Source: Candidatus Moraniibacteriota bacterium
GTDB lineage: Bacteria; Patescibacteriota; Minisyncoccia; Moranbacterales; UBA1568
Direction: 5' to 3'
Assembly (NCBI GenBank): GCA_030648835.1
Contig: JAUSGT010000001.1
Coordinates: forward strand, 551-64,550
DNA length: 64,000 bases
The notes under the pieces were generated by a model, which saw only the letters and a program-made list of their open reading frames with translations, was not told the DNA's origin and searched no databases. A program made the position numbers and the translations under genes. Of the stretch, positions 9,991 to 19,950 are shown piece after piece. The first letter of the stretch is position 1. Each line of letters starts with the position of its first letter.

Positions 9991-10129
9991 CCTGATAGCC
10001 AACAACCTTTCAGAGAGACGTTCGTTCACCCAGCGGTTCTCTCACTTCTGAAATTTTTTCGATCCGCCGAAACGTCGGCACCATGCTCGAAAAAAGTTCA
10101 AGCCTCTCTGGAAAGATTTTGGCTATAGG
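9991..10129 (+). repeat. Structured intergenic repeat, copy 1 of 3
   Basis: Shares the core TGAA.TTTTTT.GATC-hairpin-GCACCATGCTC.AAAAAA.TTCAA with 13514-13666 and the reverse complement of 61307-61454. Confidence 0.8.
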
Positions 10130-10153
10130 CGCATAGTTACTAGGCTTGTACGT

Positions 10154-10939
10154 ATGTTACAATTGCACAGTATGAATATGCTCGAGAAAAAGACCATCAT
10201 CGTCGATAATCTGAGTATCCGGTACTACCAAAGCGCGGACTTTTGGGGTAGCGGAGTTTTGGTGTTTCTCCACGGGTGGGGGTCACAGGCGATGCATTTT
10301 TCGAAGACTTTGGAGAAATGTCACAATGTTGTCGCTCTTGACTTGCCGGGCTTCGGGGAGAGTGAGATGCCGGGGACAGCCTGGGCAATCAGAGACTACG
10401 CCGGATTTTTGCGGCACTTTTTGGAGAAACTGCATATTGAACGACCGATACTCACGGGGCATTCTTTTGGTGGCAATATCGCCATCAAATACTGCGCGGA
10501 ATATGGTGATGTAGAGAAACTGATTCTGATTGGAAGCGCCGGGATACGGAGGAAAACTTTGAAAAAATTATTGTATTTTATTCTGGCGAAAGTATTGAAA
10601 GTCATAGCGTATCTTCCGGGGCTCACCCAATTGCGCGAGCGTGTCAGGAAGTCGTTTTATACCGCCATTGGCTCCGAAGACTATATCCAGTCCGGAGCGC
10701 TCATGGAAACCTATCGCAAAAATATCGGCGAGGATCTGCGAAAAGATATGAAAAAAATCAAAGTACCCACGACCATTATTTGGGGAGAGAACGATGCTAT
10801 GGTACCAGTGGCCGATGGCAAATTGACCCAGGAACATATCAAAGGTTCGCAGATGTTCGTTATCCCTGGCGCCGGGCATTACGTATTTCTCGACAAAGAA
10901 AAAGAATTCGAGGAAATTTTTTTAAAAGCTCTCTCATGA
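10154..10939 (+). CDS. Alpha/beta hydrolase
   Basis: FLHGWG, DLPGFG, GHSFGG nucleophile motif, and GAGH. Confidence 0.9.
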   Translation: MLQLHSMNMLEKKTIIVDNLSIRYYQSADFWGSGVLVFLHGWGSQAMHFSKTLEKCHNVVALDLPGFGESEMPGTAWAIRDYAGFLRHFLEKLHIERPILTGHSFGGNIAIKYCAEYGDVEKLILIGSAGIRRKTLKKLLYFILAKVLKVIAYLPGLTQLRERVRKSFYTAIGSEDYIQSGALMETYRKNIGEDLRKDMKKIKVPTTIIWGENDAMVPVADGKLTQEHIKGSQMFVIPGAGHYVFLDKEKEFEEIFLKALS

Positions 10940-12303
10940 TACTCAAAAATCTCATCTATATTCTGCAGAGCGAGAATTACGATTTCTGGCGTTTTCTCTC
11001 TTTTTGTTACTCGCATCTTCTTTGGTGGCGGCTGGAACAGCGCCAAAGAATCGTCTGGACGATGAAAGCGCGCGCTCTGCAATGGGTGAGTGCGCTCTTG
11101 TTTCTGGGTGTGGCCACCGGAGCTATTTTTTGGCTCGGATGGAACAGAGGCTCTGTCGTTCTGGCCTTTTGTATCGTGACATTGCCTTTCTTCATCGGAG
11201 CAACGCTTCTCCTCCTTCTGCCACTGGATCACTATCTCAAATGGAAAAAGGTATCGCAAGCGAGAGCAATAGTAGAGAAGTCTGGGGTGCAAGTGATCGG
11301 CATCACGGGAAGCTATGGCAAGACGACCACCAAAGAAATTTTGGCCGCTATTTTGGAGAAGCGGTTTTCCGTGATAAAAACGCCGGACAATATCAATACG
11401 GACATTGGCATCGCTGATTTTATCATAGGCCACTCCGGAAAATTCACGAAGGAGAAAATTTTTATTGTCGAAATGGGAGCACACAAGCGAGGTGAGATAG
11501 AAAGCATTTGCCGGATGGTTTTACCCGAGTATTCGATCCTGACCGGTATCAATGAGGCGCATCTGGAGCGTTTCGGCAGTCTCCAAAACATTATTGAGAC
11601 GAAGTTCGAGTTGCCCGCGCATACCGAGAAGCTGACGATCCTCAATGGTGATGACGAAAATGTGAAAAAAAACTATTCTCGATTTGTTAAAATTAAAAAT
11701 ATTTGCGTAACGGGAGCTGACGCACAGGATGTTATCGCCAAAGAAAATTTTCAGGGCTGGCAGTTTGTTTGGCAGGGGACGAATTTTGAGATAGCTCTCC
11801 TCGCGAAACACAATATTACGCTTATCCTCTTGTGCGCGACACTAGCGCGAGAACTTGGACTCTCTCTCGAAATGATTCGGGAGGCTGTAAAGAATGTCCG
11901 ACCGATACCACACAGACTGGAGCCTCTTTACAACGCTGTAACTGGTATTATGGTGATTGATGACAGCTACAATGGCAATGTGGCCGGTATCAAAAGCGGT
12001 ATCGAGCTCTTTGGTTTGGCCAAGGGAAGAAAAGTGGTGTTGACACCGGGGTTGGTGGAGCTGGGCGAAGAATCGGAGCGGATCCATCGACAGATAGGAG
12101 AACTGTATGCGAAGAGCGCTGATCTGGTACTCCTCATCAAGAGTCCTATGACGCCGTTTGTAGAGGATGGTTTGAGGACTCATGCATATACGGCTTATAC
12201 CGTGTATACTACGACAGAGGAAGCCCACAGAGACCTTCCCAATGTACTTCGAAGAGGAGATACGATTATTTTTCAAAATGACCTCACTGATAACTATTTT
12301 TAG
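10936..12303 (+). CDS. murF: UDP-N-acetylmuramoyl-tripeptide--D-Ala-D-Ala ligase (MurF-like) with N-terminal TM segments
   Basis: GITGSYGKTTTKE P-loop, VEMGA, AHLERFGS and IDDSYN. Start placed at the ATG overlapping the hydrolase stop (ATGA). Confidence 0.85.
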   Translation: MILKNLIYILQSENYDFWRFLSFCYSHLLWWRLEQRQRIVWTMKARALQWVSALLFLGVATGAIFWLGWNRGSVVLAFCIVTLPFFIGATLLLLLPLDHYLKWKKVSQARAIVEKSGVQVIGITGSYGKTTTKEILAAILEKRFSVIKTPDNINTDIGIADFIIGHSGKFTKEKIFIVEMGAHKRGEIESICRMVLPEYSILTGINEAHLERFGSLQNIIETKFELPAHTEKLTILNGDDENVKKNYSRFVKIKNICVTGADAQDVIAKENFQGWQFVWQGTNFEIALLAKHNITLILLCATLARELGLSLEMIREAVKNVRPIPHRLEPLYNAVTGIMVIDDSYNGNVAGIKSGIELFGLAKGRKVVLTPGLVELGEESERIHRQIGELYAKSADLVLLIKSPMTPFVEDGLRTHAYTAYTVYTTTEEAHRDLPNVLRRGDTIIFQNDLTDNYF

Positions 12304-12306
12304 AAT

Positions 12307-13494
12307 ATGGCTTCAGAAAAAAACAAGATAACTATCGGGGTATTCTTTGGCAGCCGCAGTCCGGAACACGAAGTGTCTATCATTACCGGGCAGTTGATCA
12401 TTGCGGAACTGAAGAAGCTCGGTTATACTGTCGCGCCGGTTTTTATAGATAAAAAAGGCCAGTGGTTTTCGGACGCTGTTTTGGGGAATCTGAAGTTTTT
12501 TACGGAAGGAAACCTAGAGGAGAAACTTGGCCGTTTGTCGAGGTATTGTGTCGATACGGGTTCCGAGAATCAAACACTCGTTTTGAAGACAGGAAAAATG
12601 TTTTCCAAAGACAGAGTCATTGATATGGCGTTTCCGGCCTTGCACGGTATGAACGGAGAAGACGGTACGATCCAGGGCATTTTCGAATTGGCGAATGTAC
12701 CGTATGTTGGATGTGGGGTGACCGCCTCAGCCGTCGCCATGGACAAAGTACTGACCAAACGATTGCTTCAGAGCGCGGGCATCGTGACAACGCCGTTTGT
12801 GTGTATCATGGCTGACGATTGGCGGAAAGATAAAGCAGCGGTCCTCGAGGCTGTTCGAAAATTACGCCGGCCGATTTTTGTGAAGCCCGCCCGGCTCGGT
12901 TCTTCTATCGGCATAACCAAAGTACGGACGGAAGAAGAATTGGAAAACGCCTGTGAAGTGGCGCTCCACTACGATACGAAGGTGATCGTGGAAGAGAGCG
13001 TGGAAAATCTGATGGATGTCACTTGCGCGGTGCTCGGAAATAGTAGTCCGATCCCTTCTCTCATCCAGGAATCCATTTTTGCGGGTGAGCATTTCAGTTA
13101 CAGCGACAAATATTTGGAAGAGGGGGGAGCGCAACTGGGGAATGCACAGAACAAGATAGTTATCCCGGCTCGTTTGTCTGCCGAACGGACCAAGGAAGTG
13201 CAAGCGCTCGCGGTGAAAATATTTGCACTGGCTGATTGCGTCGGTATCGCGCGCGTCGACTTTCTCTATGATAAAATTGCCGACAAGGTGTATGCCAACG
13301 AAATAAATACCATGCCCGGGACGCTCTATCATCATCTCTGGAAAGCGAGTGGCATAGAGATTGGAGCGCTCCTCGAAAAACTGCTGATGCTGGCTCTTGA
13401 ACAGCACGAGAAAAAAAATGAGACGACCATGATCTTCAAATCCGATCTTCTCAGTTTCGCCAATTCGGTGAAGCTGCAGATGAAGAAAGAGTAA
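12307..13494 (+). CDS. ddl: D-alanine--D-alanine ligase
   Basis: SPEHEVS, HGMNGEDGTIQG, KPARLGSSIG and NEINTMPG motifs. Confidence 0.93.
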   Translation: MASEKNKITIGVFFGSRSPEHEVSIITGQLIIAELKKLGYTVAPVFIDKKGQWFSDAVLGNLKFFTEGNLEEKLGRLSRYCVDTGSENQTLVLKTGKMFSKDRVIDMAFPALHGMNGEDGTIQGIFELANVPYVGCGVTASAVAMDKVLTKRLLQSAGIVTTPFVCIMADDWRKDKAAVLEAVRKLRRPIFVKPARLGSSIGITKVRTEEELENACEVALHYDTKVIVEESVENLMDVTCAVLGNSSPIPSLIQESIFAGEHFSYSDKYLEEGGAQLGNAQNKIVIPARLSAERTKEVQALAVKIFALADCVGIARVDFLYDKIADKVYANEINTMPGTLYHHLWKASGIEIGALLEKLLMLALEQHEKKNETTMIFKSDLLSFANSVKLQMKKE

Positions 13495-13513
13495 CAGCTG
13501 ACTTTCCTCGACA

Positions 13514-13666
13514 GCCCTGTCACAAGCAATCTTTCTGGGTAGACACTCGTTTGCCCCAGCGGGCAAACTCATTGCGTGAACTTTTTTTGATCCGTCCCGC
13601 TGGAGCAGGACGGCACCATGCTCAAAAAAACTTCAAGCCTCCCAGAAAAATTCTTGTGACGAGGGC
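13514..13666 (+). repeat. Structured intergenic repeat, copy 2 of 3
   Basis: Same core and nested stems as copy 1, with compensatory changes. Confidence 0.8.
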
Positions 13667-13745
13667 TTCCTGTGTACACAAAACTTAAGCACCTTTTGCG
13701 GTATTGGTATAGAGACGGTATAATAGGGTTACTAACTGTTAGGAT

Positions 13746-14744
13746 GTGTTGTCTATGAAAAAAAGGCTTTTTTCGGGGGTCCAGCCGTCAGGGAATCTGC
13801 ACCTGGGGAATTACCTCGGGGCGATAAAGCAGTGGGTAGAGCTTCAGAAAGACAATGAAGCGATGTTTTGTATTGTCGATTTGCATGCCATTACCGTTCC
13901 CCAGGATCCGGCAGAATTGCGGAAGAAGACACTTGAGATTGCCAAAATTTATCTGGCGGCTGGCATAGACCCGGGCAAAGCGACACTTTTCGTCCAGTCG
14001 CATGTGAAGGAACATACCGAGCTGGCTTGGATTTTGAATACGCTCACCAAGATTGCTGAGTTGGAGAGGATGACACAGTTCAAAGATAAATCACAGAAAG
14101 ACGGTAAAGAGGGGATAGGGGCGGGGCTACTCACCTACCCGACTCTTATGGCGGCAGATATTCTTTTGTACGATACGGCGGTGGTGCCGGTAGGCAAGGA
14201 TCAGTCACAACATATCGAATTGACGCGGACTCTCGCCAAGCGGTTCAATGATCGTTTTGGGGAAATGTTTGTCATTCCGGAGGGGAAACTTTCCAAAGAA
14301 GGCGCGCTCATTATGGGGCTGGATGACCCGACGAAGAAAATGTCCAAGTCTGCAACGAGCGAATATAATTACATCGCTCTCACGGATGATGCCGAGACGG
14401 TAAAGAAGAAAATCAAGAAAGCCGTGACGGACAGCGGATCGGAGATTGTTTATGCCGACGAAAAACCCGCGTTGAAAAATCTTTTGAATATCTATGCGTT
14501 GCTATCCAATAAAAAACCGGAAGTGATAGCAGGGGAATATGTCGGGAAGGGATATAGCGACTTCAAAAATGGTTTGGCGGAAGTGATTGTCAATTTTCTC
14601 GCTCCGTTTCAAGCGCGCTTGAAAAACATTTCTGATGAAGAAGTGTTGGTGGTGCTCAAGGCGGGTGCCGAAAAAGCCGGATCTTTGGCGGAACAAAAAA
14701 TGCGACAGGTTCGCGAACGGGTAGGATTCCTCGCAAATTACTAG
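13746..14744 (+). CDS. trpS: Tryptophan--tRNA ligase
   Basis: SGVQPSG.LHLGNY, VPVGKDQSQH and KMSKS motifs. Confidence 0.96.
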   Translation: MLSMKKRLFSGVQPSGNLHLGNYLGAIKQWVELQKDNEAMFCIVDLHAITVPQDPAELRKKTLEIAKIYLAAGIDPGKATLFVQSHVKEHTELAWILNTLTKIAELERMTQFKDKSQKDGKEGIGAGLLTYPTLMAADILLYDTAVVPVGKDQSQHIELTRTLAKRFNDRFGEMFVIPEGKLSKEGALIMGLDDPTKKMSKSATSEYNYIALTDDAETVKKKIKKAVTDSGSEIVYADEKPALKNLLNIYALLSNKKPEVIAGEYVGKGYSDFKNGLAEVIVNFLAPFQARLKNISDEEVLVVLKAGAEKAGSLAEQKMRQVRERVGFLANY

Positions 14745-14751
14745 GGCGCGT

Positions 14752-15693
14752 ATGGAAAAATTTCCGTTCGTTTGGAAAAAAGGGGCAAGGCCGGAAGACC
14801 CACTTTTACAGAAACAAAGAGAAGAAAAAGCCGAAAAACAGCTTTCGTGGCGCCGGAATAGGGAAATTTCGGAGTGGTCGCATGAGTTACCGCTGACGCC
14901 GGAACGAAAAGAAATGATAGAGGCCGCTGCTCTCGTTTTCGAAAAACAATTTGAGGTGCTCGGTATCCCGTGGAAAGCGGAATTTTCGTTGAGACTGTTT
15001 CATTTTTTTGACCGGGAAGGATTTGACACGCAGTTTCCCGAATCGGTGGGGAACGATGGTTTCCACGGAAAGTATGATATAACCGCAGTCGTCGAAGAAA
15101 AAGAGAAAGGAAAAACTTTGCTCACTCTGTTTCACGAGATGGCCCATGTTGCTTCGGCGCAAAAATATATGCTGACCGAAGAGGAGGAGAAACTTCTCTT
15201 GTACCGGGTCGGGTATGCCGGAGTTGATGTGAATAGCCAAAACGGGGGAGTGGATGAAAAAAAGACGCACTTTGATGCTTTCAATGAGGGGGTGGTGGAA
15301 ATGTCGGCTTTGCGTATGATGATACGCTATAAGGAGACGCTTGCGAAGCAGTTGGACATCGATGAAGATTTGGAGGAACTGGCAAACAAGGGACATGCGT
15401 ATAAGAATTGTGTTGCGCTGGTCGGAATAGTTATTGAGAAATTGGCCAAGTTGGAAGGGTGCGAAGAGTTGAAGGTGTGGAAAAGAATAGAGAAAGGACA
15501 GTATACGGGGGAAATGATGTGGATGAGAGATATCGATACTTTGTTCGGCAGGGGGTCGCTGCGTGTCTTGGATGCGTTCGTAGCCGATCCGGGGAAAGAC
15601 GCGGAAGTTTTGGCAAGAAACGTAAAAATCTTTCGTTACTTTCAAACGGACGATCTCGCCGAACGAGAGCAACTGCAGACCGAAATACATTGA
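14752..15693 (+). CDS. Hypothetical protein with a zincin-like HExxH motif
   Basis: HEMAH followed downstream by FNEG. Confidence 0.65.
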   Translation: MEKFPFVWKKGARPEDPLLQKQREEKAEKQLSWRRNREISEWSHELPLTPERKEMIEAAALVFEKQFEVLGIPWKAEFSLRLFHFFDREGFDTQFPESVGNDGFHGKYDITAVVEEKEKGKTLLTLFHEMAHVASAQKYMLTEEEEKLLLYRVGYAGVDVNSQNGGVDEKKTHFDAFNEGVVEMSALRMMIRYKETLAKQLDIDEDLEELANKGHAYKNCVALVGIVIEKLAKLEGCEELKVWKRIEKGQYTGEMMWMRDIDTLFGRGSLRVLDAFVADPGKDAEVLARNVKIFRYFQTDDLAEREQLQTEIH

Positions 15694-15792
15694 TCCAGCA
15701 CCTTCCAGAATACCCCGTGGTCTTGCTACGGGGATGAATAGAAATATAAATCCTTCCCGCAGGGTTTAATACCCTGTAGTGAAGGTGCTGGA
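15694..15792. mobile_element. MITE-like element with TCCAGCACCTTC terminal inverted repeats
   Basis: Perfect 12-bp TIR flanked by TTGA on both sides. Internal hairpins CCCCGTGG/CTACGGGG and GCAGGGT/ACCCTGT. Confidence 0.6.
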
Positions 15793-15871
15793 TTGATTGA
15801 AAGTTTTAAAAAAAAGAGAGCTTGCCGCGTTGGACAAGCTTTTTTGTTGGAGGAACAGCCTCTGGGGGGGG

Positions 15872-16147
15872 CTAGCCGAATCGGTAGCGCTGTTCTCTTT
15901 GTATGAGTCGTATTTCCTGCCGCCTCATTTCCGGATAGACTTTCCCTGCCAGACAGATTTCGCTGGCGTGGCATGGGAGATCGTGGTTGGCGAGATAATG
16001 CTCCCGTGTTTTCGGGCTGTCGCAGAGACGATCGTGGTCGCTCAGCTTGGGGAAGCGTTCTTTGTTGCTGGCGATTGGGCAGGCGGGCGGGGTGGGGGAA
16101 ACGGGGGCGATGGGGATGATCCTCCTCACATTATTTTGCATAAACAC
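15872..16147 (-). CDS. Small hypothetical protein
   Basis: 91-codon ORF with GAGGTG just upstream of the start, a TATACT-like -10 further upstream, and a hairpin/U-tract downstream. No recognisable domain. Confidence 0.4.
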   Translation of the reverse strand: MFMQNNVRRIIPIAPVSPTPPACPIASNKERFPKLSDHDRLCDSPKTREHYLANHDLPCHASEICLAGKVYPEMRRQEIRLIQREQRYRFG

Positions 16148-16377
16148 CTCTTTTGTTAACGAACCGGTTTATGGGGTATGAAAAAACCACCCGATTGGTG
16201 GTCTAGTGGGAAAAATGAAACCAGGAGAAAGTTCCCGGTATTCTCTTGTGAAGTGTTTCCCTTTTCATACGTTGCTATCAGTATACACTTTATTTCAAAA
16301 AGCTGTCAAATCTTGTTCTGAACCTTTGTCTGTGACTATCTTGCCTAACAAACAAAGGAATTATGCATTTCGTTACT

Positions 16378-16460
16378 GTCATTCTGAGTGAAGCGAAGAA
16401 TCCCGTAAATAAAAGGTTCTTCTTTGCCTCAACGAGATCCTTCACTACGTTCAGGATGAC
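16378..16460. repeat. GTCAT...ATGAC palindromic repeat
   Basis: GTCATTCTGAGTGAAGCGAAGAATC ... GATCCTTCACTACGTTCAGGATGAC. A related copy lies at 34716-34818. Confidence 0.7.
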
Positions 16461-16511
16461 AGATAATTTTTTGTTGAATTAAAATTTGGGTAGCTCACTT
16501 TAAGTCGAGGT

Positions 16512-17846
16512 TTACCCTCGAATCAGGGCAAGCAGCTCGGCTTTTTTTTCTTCCAGGAGTTTTTGCGTGTTGGCTTCGAGGTTGAGACGCAGGAGGGGTT
16601 CGGTATTGGATGGGCGGACGTTGAACCACCAGTCGGGGTAGTCGACTTTCAGTCCATCAAGTTCGTGTTGTTTGCCGTCGCTATATTTTTCTTTTAGTTT
16701 TGCCAATATGGCATCTTTATCTTTGACTTCGCTATTTATTTCACCGGAATGAAAGTAACGCTTCAGTTCCGAAACGAGTTGGGAAATAGTTTCCCCAGAT
16801 TCTGCCATGAGATTGAGGAGGAGGAGGGCGGCCAGCGTACTGGCTTCCGCGAAAGAATTTTCCTCGAAGTAGTAATGTCCCGACAGTTCGCCGGCGAAGA
16901 TGGCATTCTCTTCGCGCATCTGTTTTTTGATATTGGCGTGGCCTACTTTGCATTCGATAGCTATGCCACCATTTTCTTCGATCATTTCTTTGACGGCGCG
17001 CGAGGAACGGAGGTCATAGAGGATAGTGGCGCCGGGGTGTTTTTTGAGAATGATCTTTGCCAGAAGTCCCGTCACCAAATCCATGGGGATGATTTCGCCC
17101 TCTTCATCGACAAAGCCGACACGATCCGCGTCGCCATCGTACGCGATGCCGAGATCGGAGTGTGATTCTTTCACTTTTTCACAAAGTTCAGCGAGTGTTT
17201 CGGTCTTAAGCGGATTGGCTTCATGACACTCGAAAGCGTGTTCCATGTCGTTGTAGAGATTGACGATTGTGAGGTTGTCCGGGAATTGCTCGTAGATGGG
17301 GAGCTCCAAGACGCCCATAGCGTTCGCAGTGTCGATGACGATGGTGAAACGTTTGTCCTGAAAATCCGCGAATGAAGTGAAATAGCCATAGTAGGCCGGA
17401 CAGATATCTTCGGATGTCATCGTACCTTTGCTCTCTACTTCTTCCCACTCTGCTTTGAGGGCAAGGTCGCGGATTTCCTTGAGGCCGGAGTTTTCACCGA
17501 CCGGGATGGCTCCGCGCAAAGCGATTTTCATGCCGTTGTACTGGGGGGGATTGTGTGAAGCGGTGAGAGAAATGGCGGCATCGATATCGAGGCGGCCAGC
17601 GGCGAAATAGACCATGGGTGTGGTGATGATGCCGAGGTCGAGCACATCGACTCCGGCGTCCATCACGCCGCGCGTGAAACTCGCGAAAAGACTCGGGCTG
17701 GAACTTCTGATATCACGACCGATGCCGAGACGTTTGGGTTCGAGATGCGCGACCACCGCTCGGCCGATATTGTAGGCATCGTCTTCATTGATCTCATCCG
17801 GGTAGATGCCGCGGATATCATAGGCTTTGAAAATGCCGGGGTTCAT
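16512..17846 (-). CDS. Phosphomannomutase/phosphoglucomutase
   Basis: FKAYDIRG, TASHNP, YDGDADR, GELSGH and VRPSNTEP motifs. Confidence 0.95.
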   Translation of the reverse strand: MNPGIFKAYDIRGIYPDEINEDDAYNIGRAVVAHLEPKRLGIGRDIRSSSPSLFASFTRGVMDAGVDVLDLGIITTPMVYFAAGRLDIDAAISLTASHNPPQYNGMKIALRGAIPVGENSGLKEIRDLALKAEWEEVESKGTMTSEDICPAYYGYFTSFADFQDKRFTIVIDTANAMGVLELPIYEQFPDNLTIVNLYNDMEHAFECHEANPLKTETLAELCEKVKESHSDLGIAYDGDADRVGFVDEEGEIIPMDLVTGLLAKIILKKHPGATILYDLRSSRAVKEMIEENGGIAIECKVGHANIKKQMREENAIFAGELSGHYYFEENSFAEASTLAALLLLNLMAESGETISQLVSELKRYFHSGEINSEVKDKDAILAKLKEKYSDGKQHELDGLKVDYPDWWFNVRPSNTEPLLRLNLEANTQKLLEEKKAELLALIRG

Positions 17847-17983
17847 ATGGTCGTAGTAAAATTACGATTTTATTATACCACAGAGAGTTTGACCGAAAGC
17901 CTTTTTCCTGCGAAGATAAGTAATACTTTTGATAGCGGAGTTTGGAAATCGAGTTTTGATTATTGGTGATTTACTTATAAATT

Positions 17984-19033
17984 ATGTCTCTCAAAGTCGG
18001 CATCGTCGGACTACCTAATGTAGGTAAATCAACACTTTTTAAGGCGCTGACGCGCAAAGCGGTGGATATCAGCAACTATCCTTTCTGCACCATCGAGCCC
18101 AATGTCGGTATCGTGGAAGTGCCCGATCTGCGTCTGGCGAAACTTGCCGCGCTATCTAAGAGCAAAAAAATTGTTCCGGCAGTGATCGAGTTTGTCGATA
18201 TCGCCGGTTTGGTGAAGGGGGCCAGTGAGGGGGAAGGTCTCGGCAACAAATTCCTTTCGCACATCCGGGAGGTGGATGCCATTGTGGAAGTGGTGCGGGT
18301 GTTCCCGAACGAAAAAATTATTCATGTTCACAATACGATTGACCCGTTGCATGACCAAGAAATTGTGGAGACGGAATTGATTCTTGCTGATTTGGATACC
18401 GTCACCAAGGTGCAGGCACGGTTGGAAAAGGAAGCCCGCGGTCAGAATAAAGAAGCGCTCGCCAAATTACCGGTACTGAAAAATATAGAGCAAGCGTTGG
18501 CTCTGGGGAAACTGGCTTCGCAGGCCGTGTTGACCCATGATGAAACGACCAAGGTGTTGATTCGTGAACTAACTCTACTCACGATGAAGCCTATTCTCTA
18601 TGTGTACAATGTGGCGGACGTGTCAAAACCATTGTCACCGGAACTCGAGAAGCGTCCTCACGTGAAGTTGGATGTCAAGATAGAAGAAGAGTTGATAGAA
18701 ATGTCGGCTGAAGAAATGAAAGAGATGGAACTGACATCGCATTTGGGGGATCTCATTGTTCAGGCGTACGCGCTTCTTGGGCTGATGACGTACTTTACCA
18801 CGGGGGAGGATGAGACACGGGCGTGGACTATTCGGCGGGGATCGACGGCGCCGCAAGCGGGAGCGGCTATTCATGGTGATTTTGAGGAAAAATTCATTCG
18901 GGCGGAAGTCATTCACTTTACCAAACTTTTGGAAGCCGGCTCCTGGAGCGCCGCTCGTGATAAAGGATCGCTTCGTCTGGAAGGCAAGGAGTATATCGTA
19001 GAGGACGGGGATGTTATCGTGTTCAAGATCTGA
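17984..19033 (+). CDS. ychF: Ribosome-binding ATPase YchF
   Basis: [34 protein letters not shown] and [13 protein letters not shown] motifs. Confidence 0.96.
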   Translation: MSLKVGIVGLPNVGKSTLFKALTRKAVDISNYPFCTIEPNVGIVEVPDLRLAKLAALSKSKKIVPAVIEFVDIAGLVKGASEGEGLGNKFLSHIREVDAIVEVVRVFPNEKIIHVHNTIDPLHDQEIVETELILADLDTVTKVQARLEKEARGQNKEALAKLPVLKNIEQALALGKLASQAVLTHDETTKVLIRELTLLTMKPILYVYNVADVSKPLSPELEKRPHVKLDVKIEEELIEMSAEEMKEMELTSHLGDLIVQAYALLGLMTYFTTGEDETRAWTIRRGSTAPQAGAAIHGDFEEKFIRAEVIHFTKLLEAGSWSAARDKGSLRLEGKEYIVEDGDVIVFKI

Positions 19034-19198
19034 TATGTTGATTAACAGTTAACTGTTGCCTGCTGACTGATGGGGGGTGTTGACATCTTTTTCGAAACAC
19101 TCTTTTATTTTGACAACTTTTGTCGTATACTAAACATATCTAATTAATAAACATACATCCCAGTTACCTTGAAAGAAGGTAACGGGATAAACAAAAAT

Positions 19199-19597
19199 AT
19201 GTATGAAGAACAGCCTTCGTCTTCGCGACCGCTGAGAGTCGCTTTGTTGGTGTTATTTTTCGTTCTGCTCGCAGCGCTGGTTCTCGTTATCTTGACGCAG
19301 AAGGGTTTACTCGGTAAGAAAACCGGAACCACCATCCAGTCTCAAACAGGGACCACTACTCCAACAGGAAATCAAAGGCAGGCAACGTCTGGTGAGGCCG
19401 TTCCCGCCGCCACCTCGCAGCCTGTTTTTTCGGAAGAAGTTCAAAATCAATTTAAGGCAATACAGGATCAGGTCAATGCAGGCACAATCACTCCTGAAGA
19501 AGCTTCAAAACAGCTGAATTCACTCAACATTCCTCCTCCGCCGATTCCACCTGAAATCCAGAAGCAAATTGATGAAGCGACAAAAGCTCAACAGTAG
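19199..19597 (+). CDS. Small N-terminally anchored partner protein (class A, copy 1)
   Basis: SRPLRVALLVL...VLVILTQKGLLGKKT N-terminus shared with 28074-28646. Start placed at ATG 19199 by alignment with that paralogue. Confidence 0.75.
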   Translation: MYEEQPSSSRPLRVALLVLFFVLLAALVLVILTQKGLLGKKTGTTIQSQTGTTTPTGNQRQATSGEAVPAATSQPVFSEEVQNQFKAIQDQVNAGTITPEEASKQLNSLNIPPPPIPPEIQKQIDEATKAQQ

Positions 19598-19950
19598 TCA
19601 GATATACCAGCAGTGGCTGTGTTTCTTGGTTAGAGATGGATGTTTGTAGCTGAAAGGCTGTAAGATCAGCAGCTACGAGCAATATATTTTCTTGAAAAAA
19701 TTAAATGACACCTCTACATATGTGGTGGGTTTGTTGTTGCGATCCAGAGAATTTTCATATTCATATTTCACAGGGTTGACCTCGTTTACAAATAATACTG
19801 TTGTTTTGCTTTTCAAACGATGTAAGACGAAGTCACCTATCGGTTTGTATCAAGCGGATAATCGCCATCCCGTTTGGATTTGTAATGGGGTTGACAAATG
19901 ATTAAAAAAATCAGGGTTTTTGTGCTAGAATGAAACAGAAATGAGCTTGA

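Noticed and set aside
10780-10935. N-terminal extension of the MurF ORF
   Set aside because: It overlaps the hydrolase gene. The ATG at 10936 coupled to the hydrolase stop is the more plausible start.
13514-13666. T-box riboswitch upstream of trpS
   Set aside because: No AAGGTGGTACC-type T-box sequence is present, and the same element occurs next to unrelated genes and in the opposite orientation.
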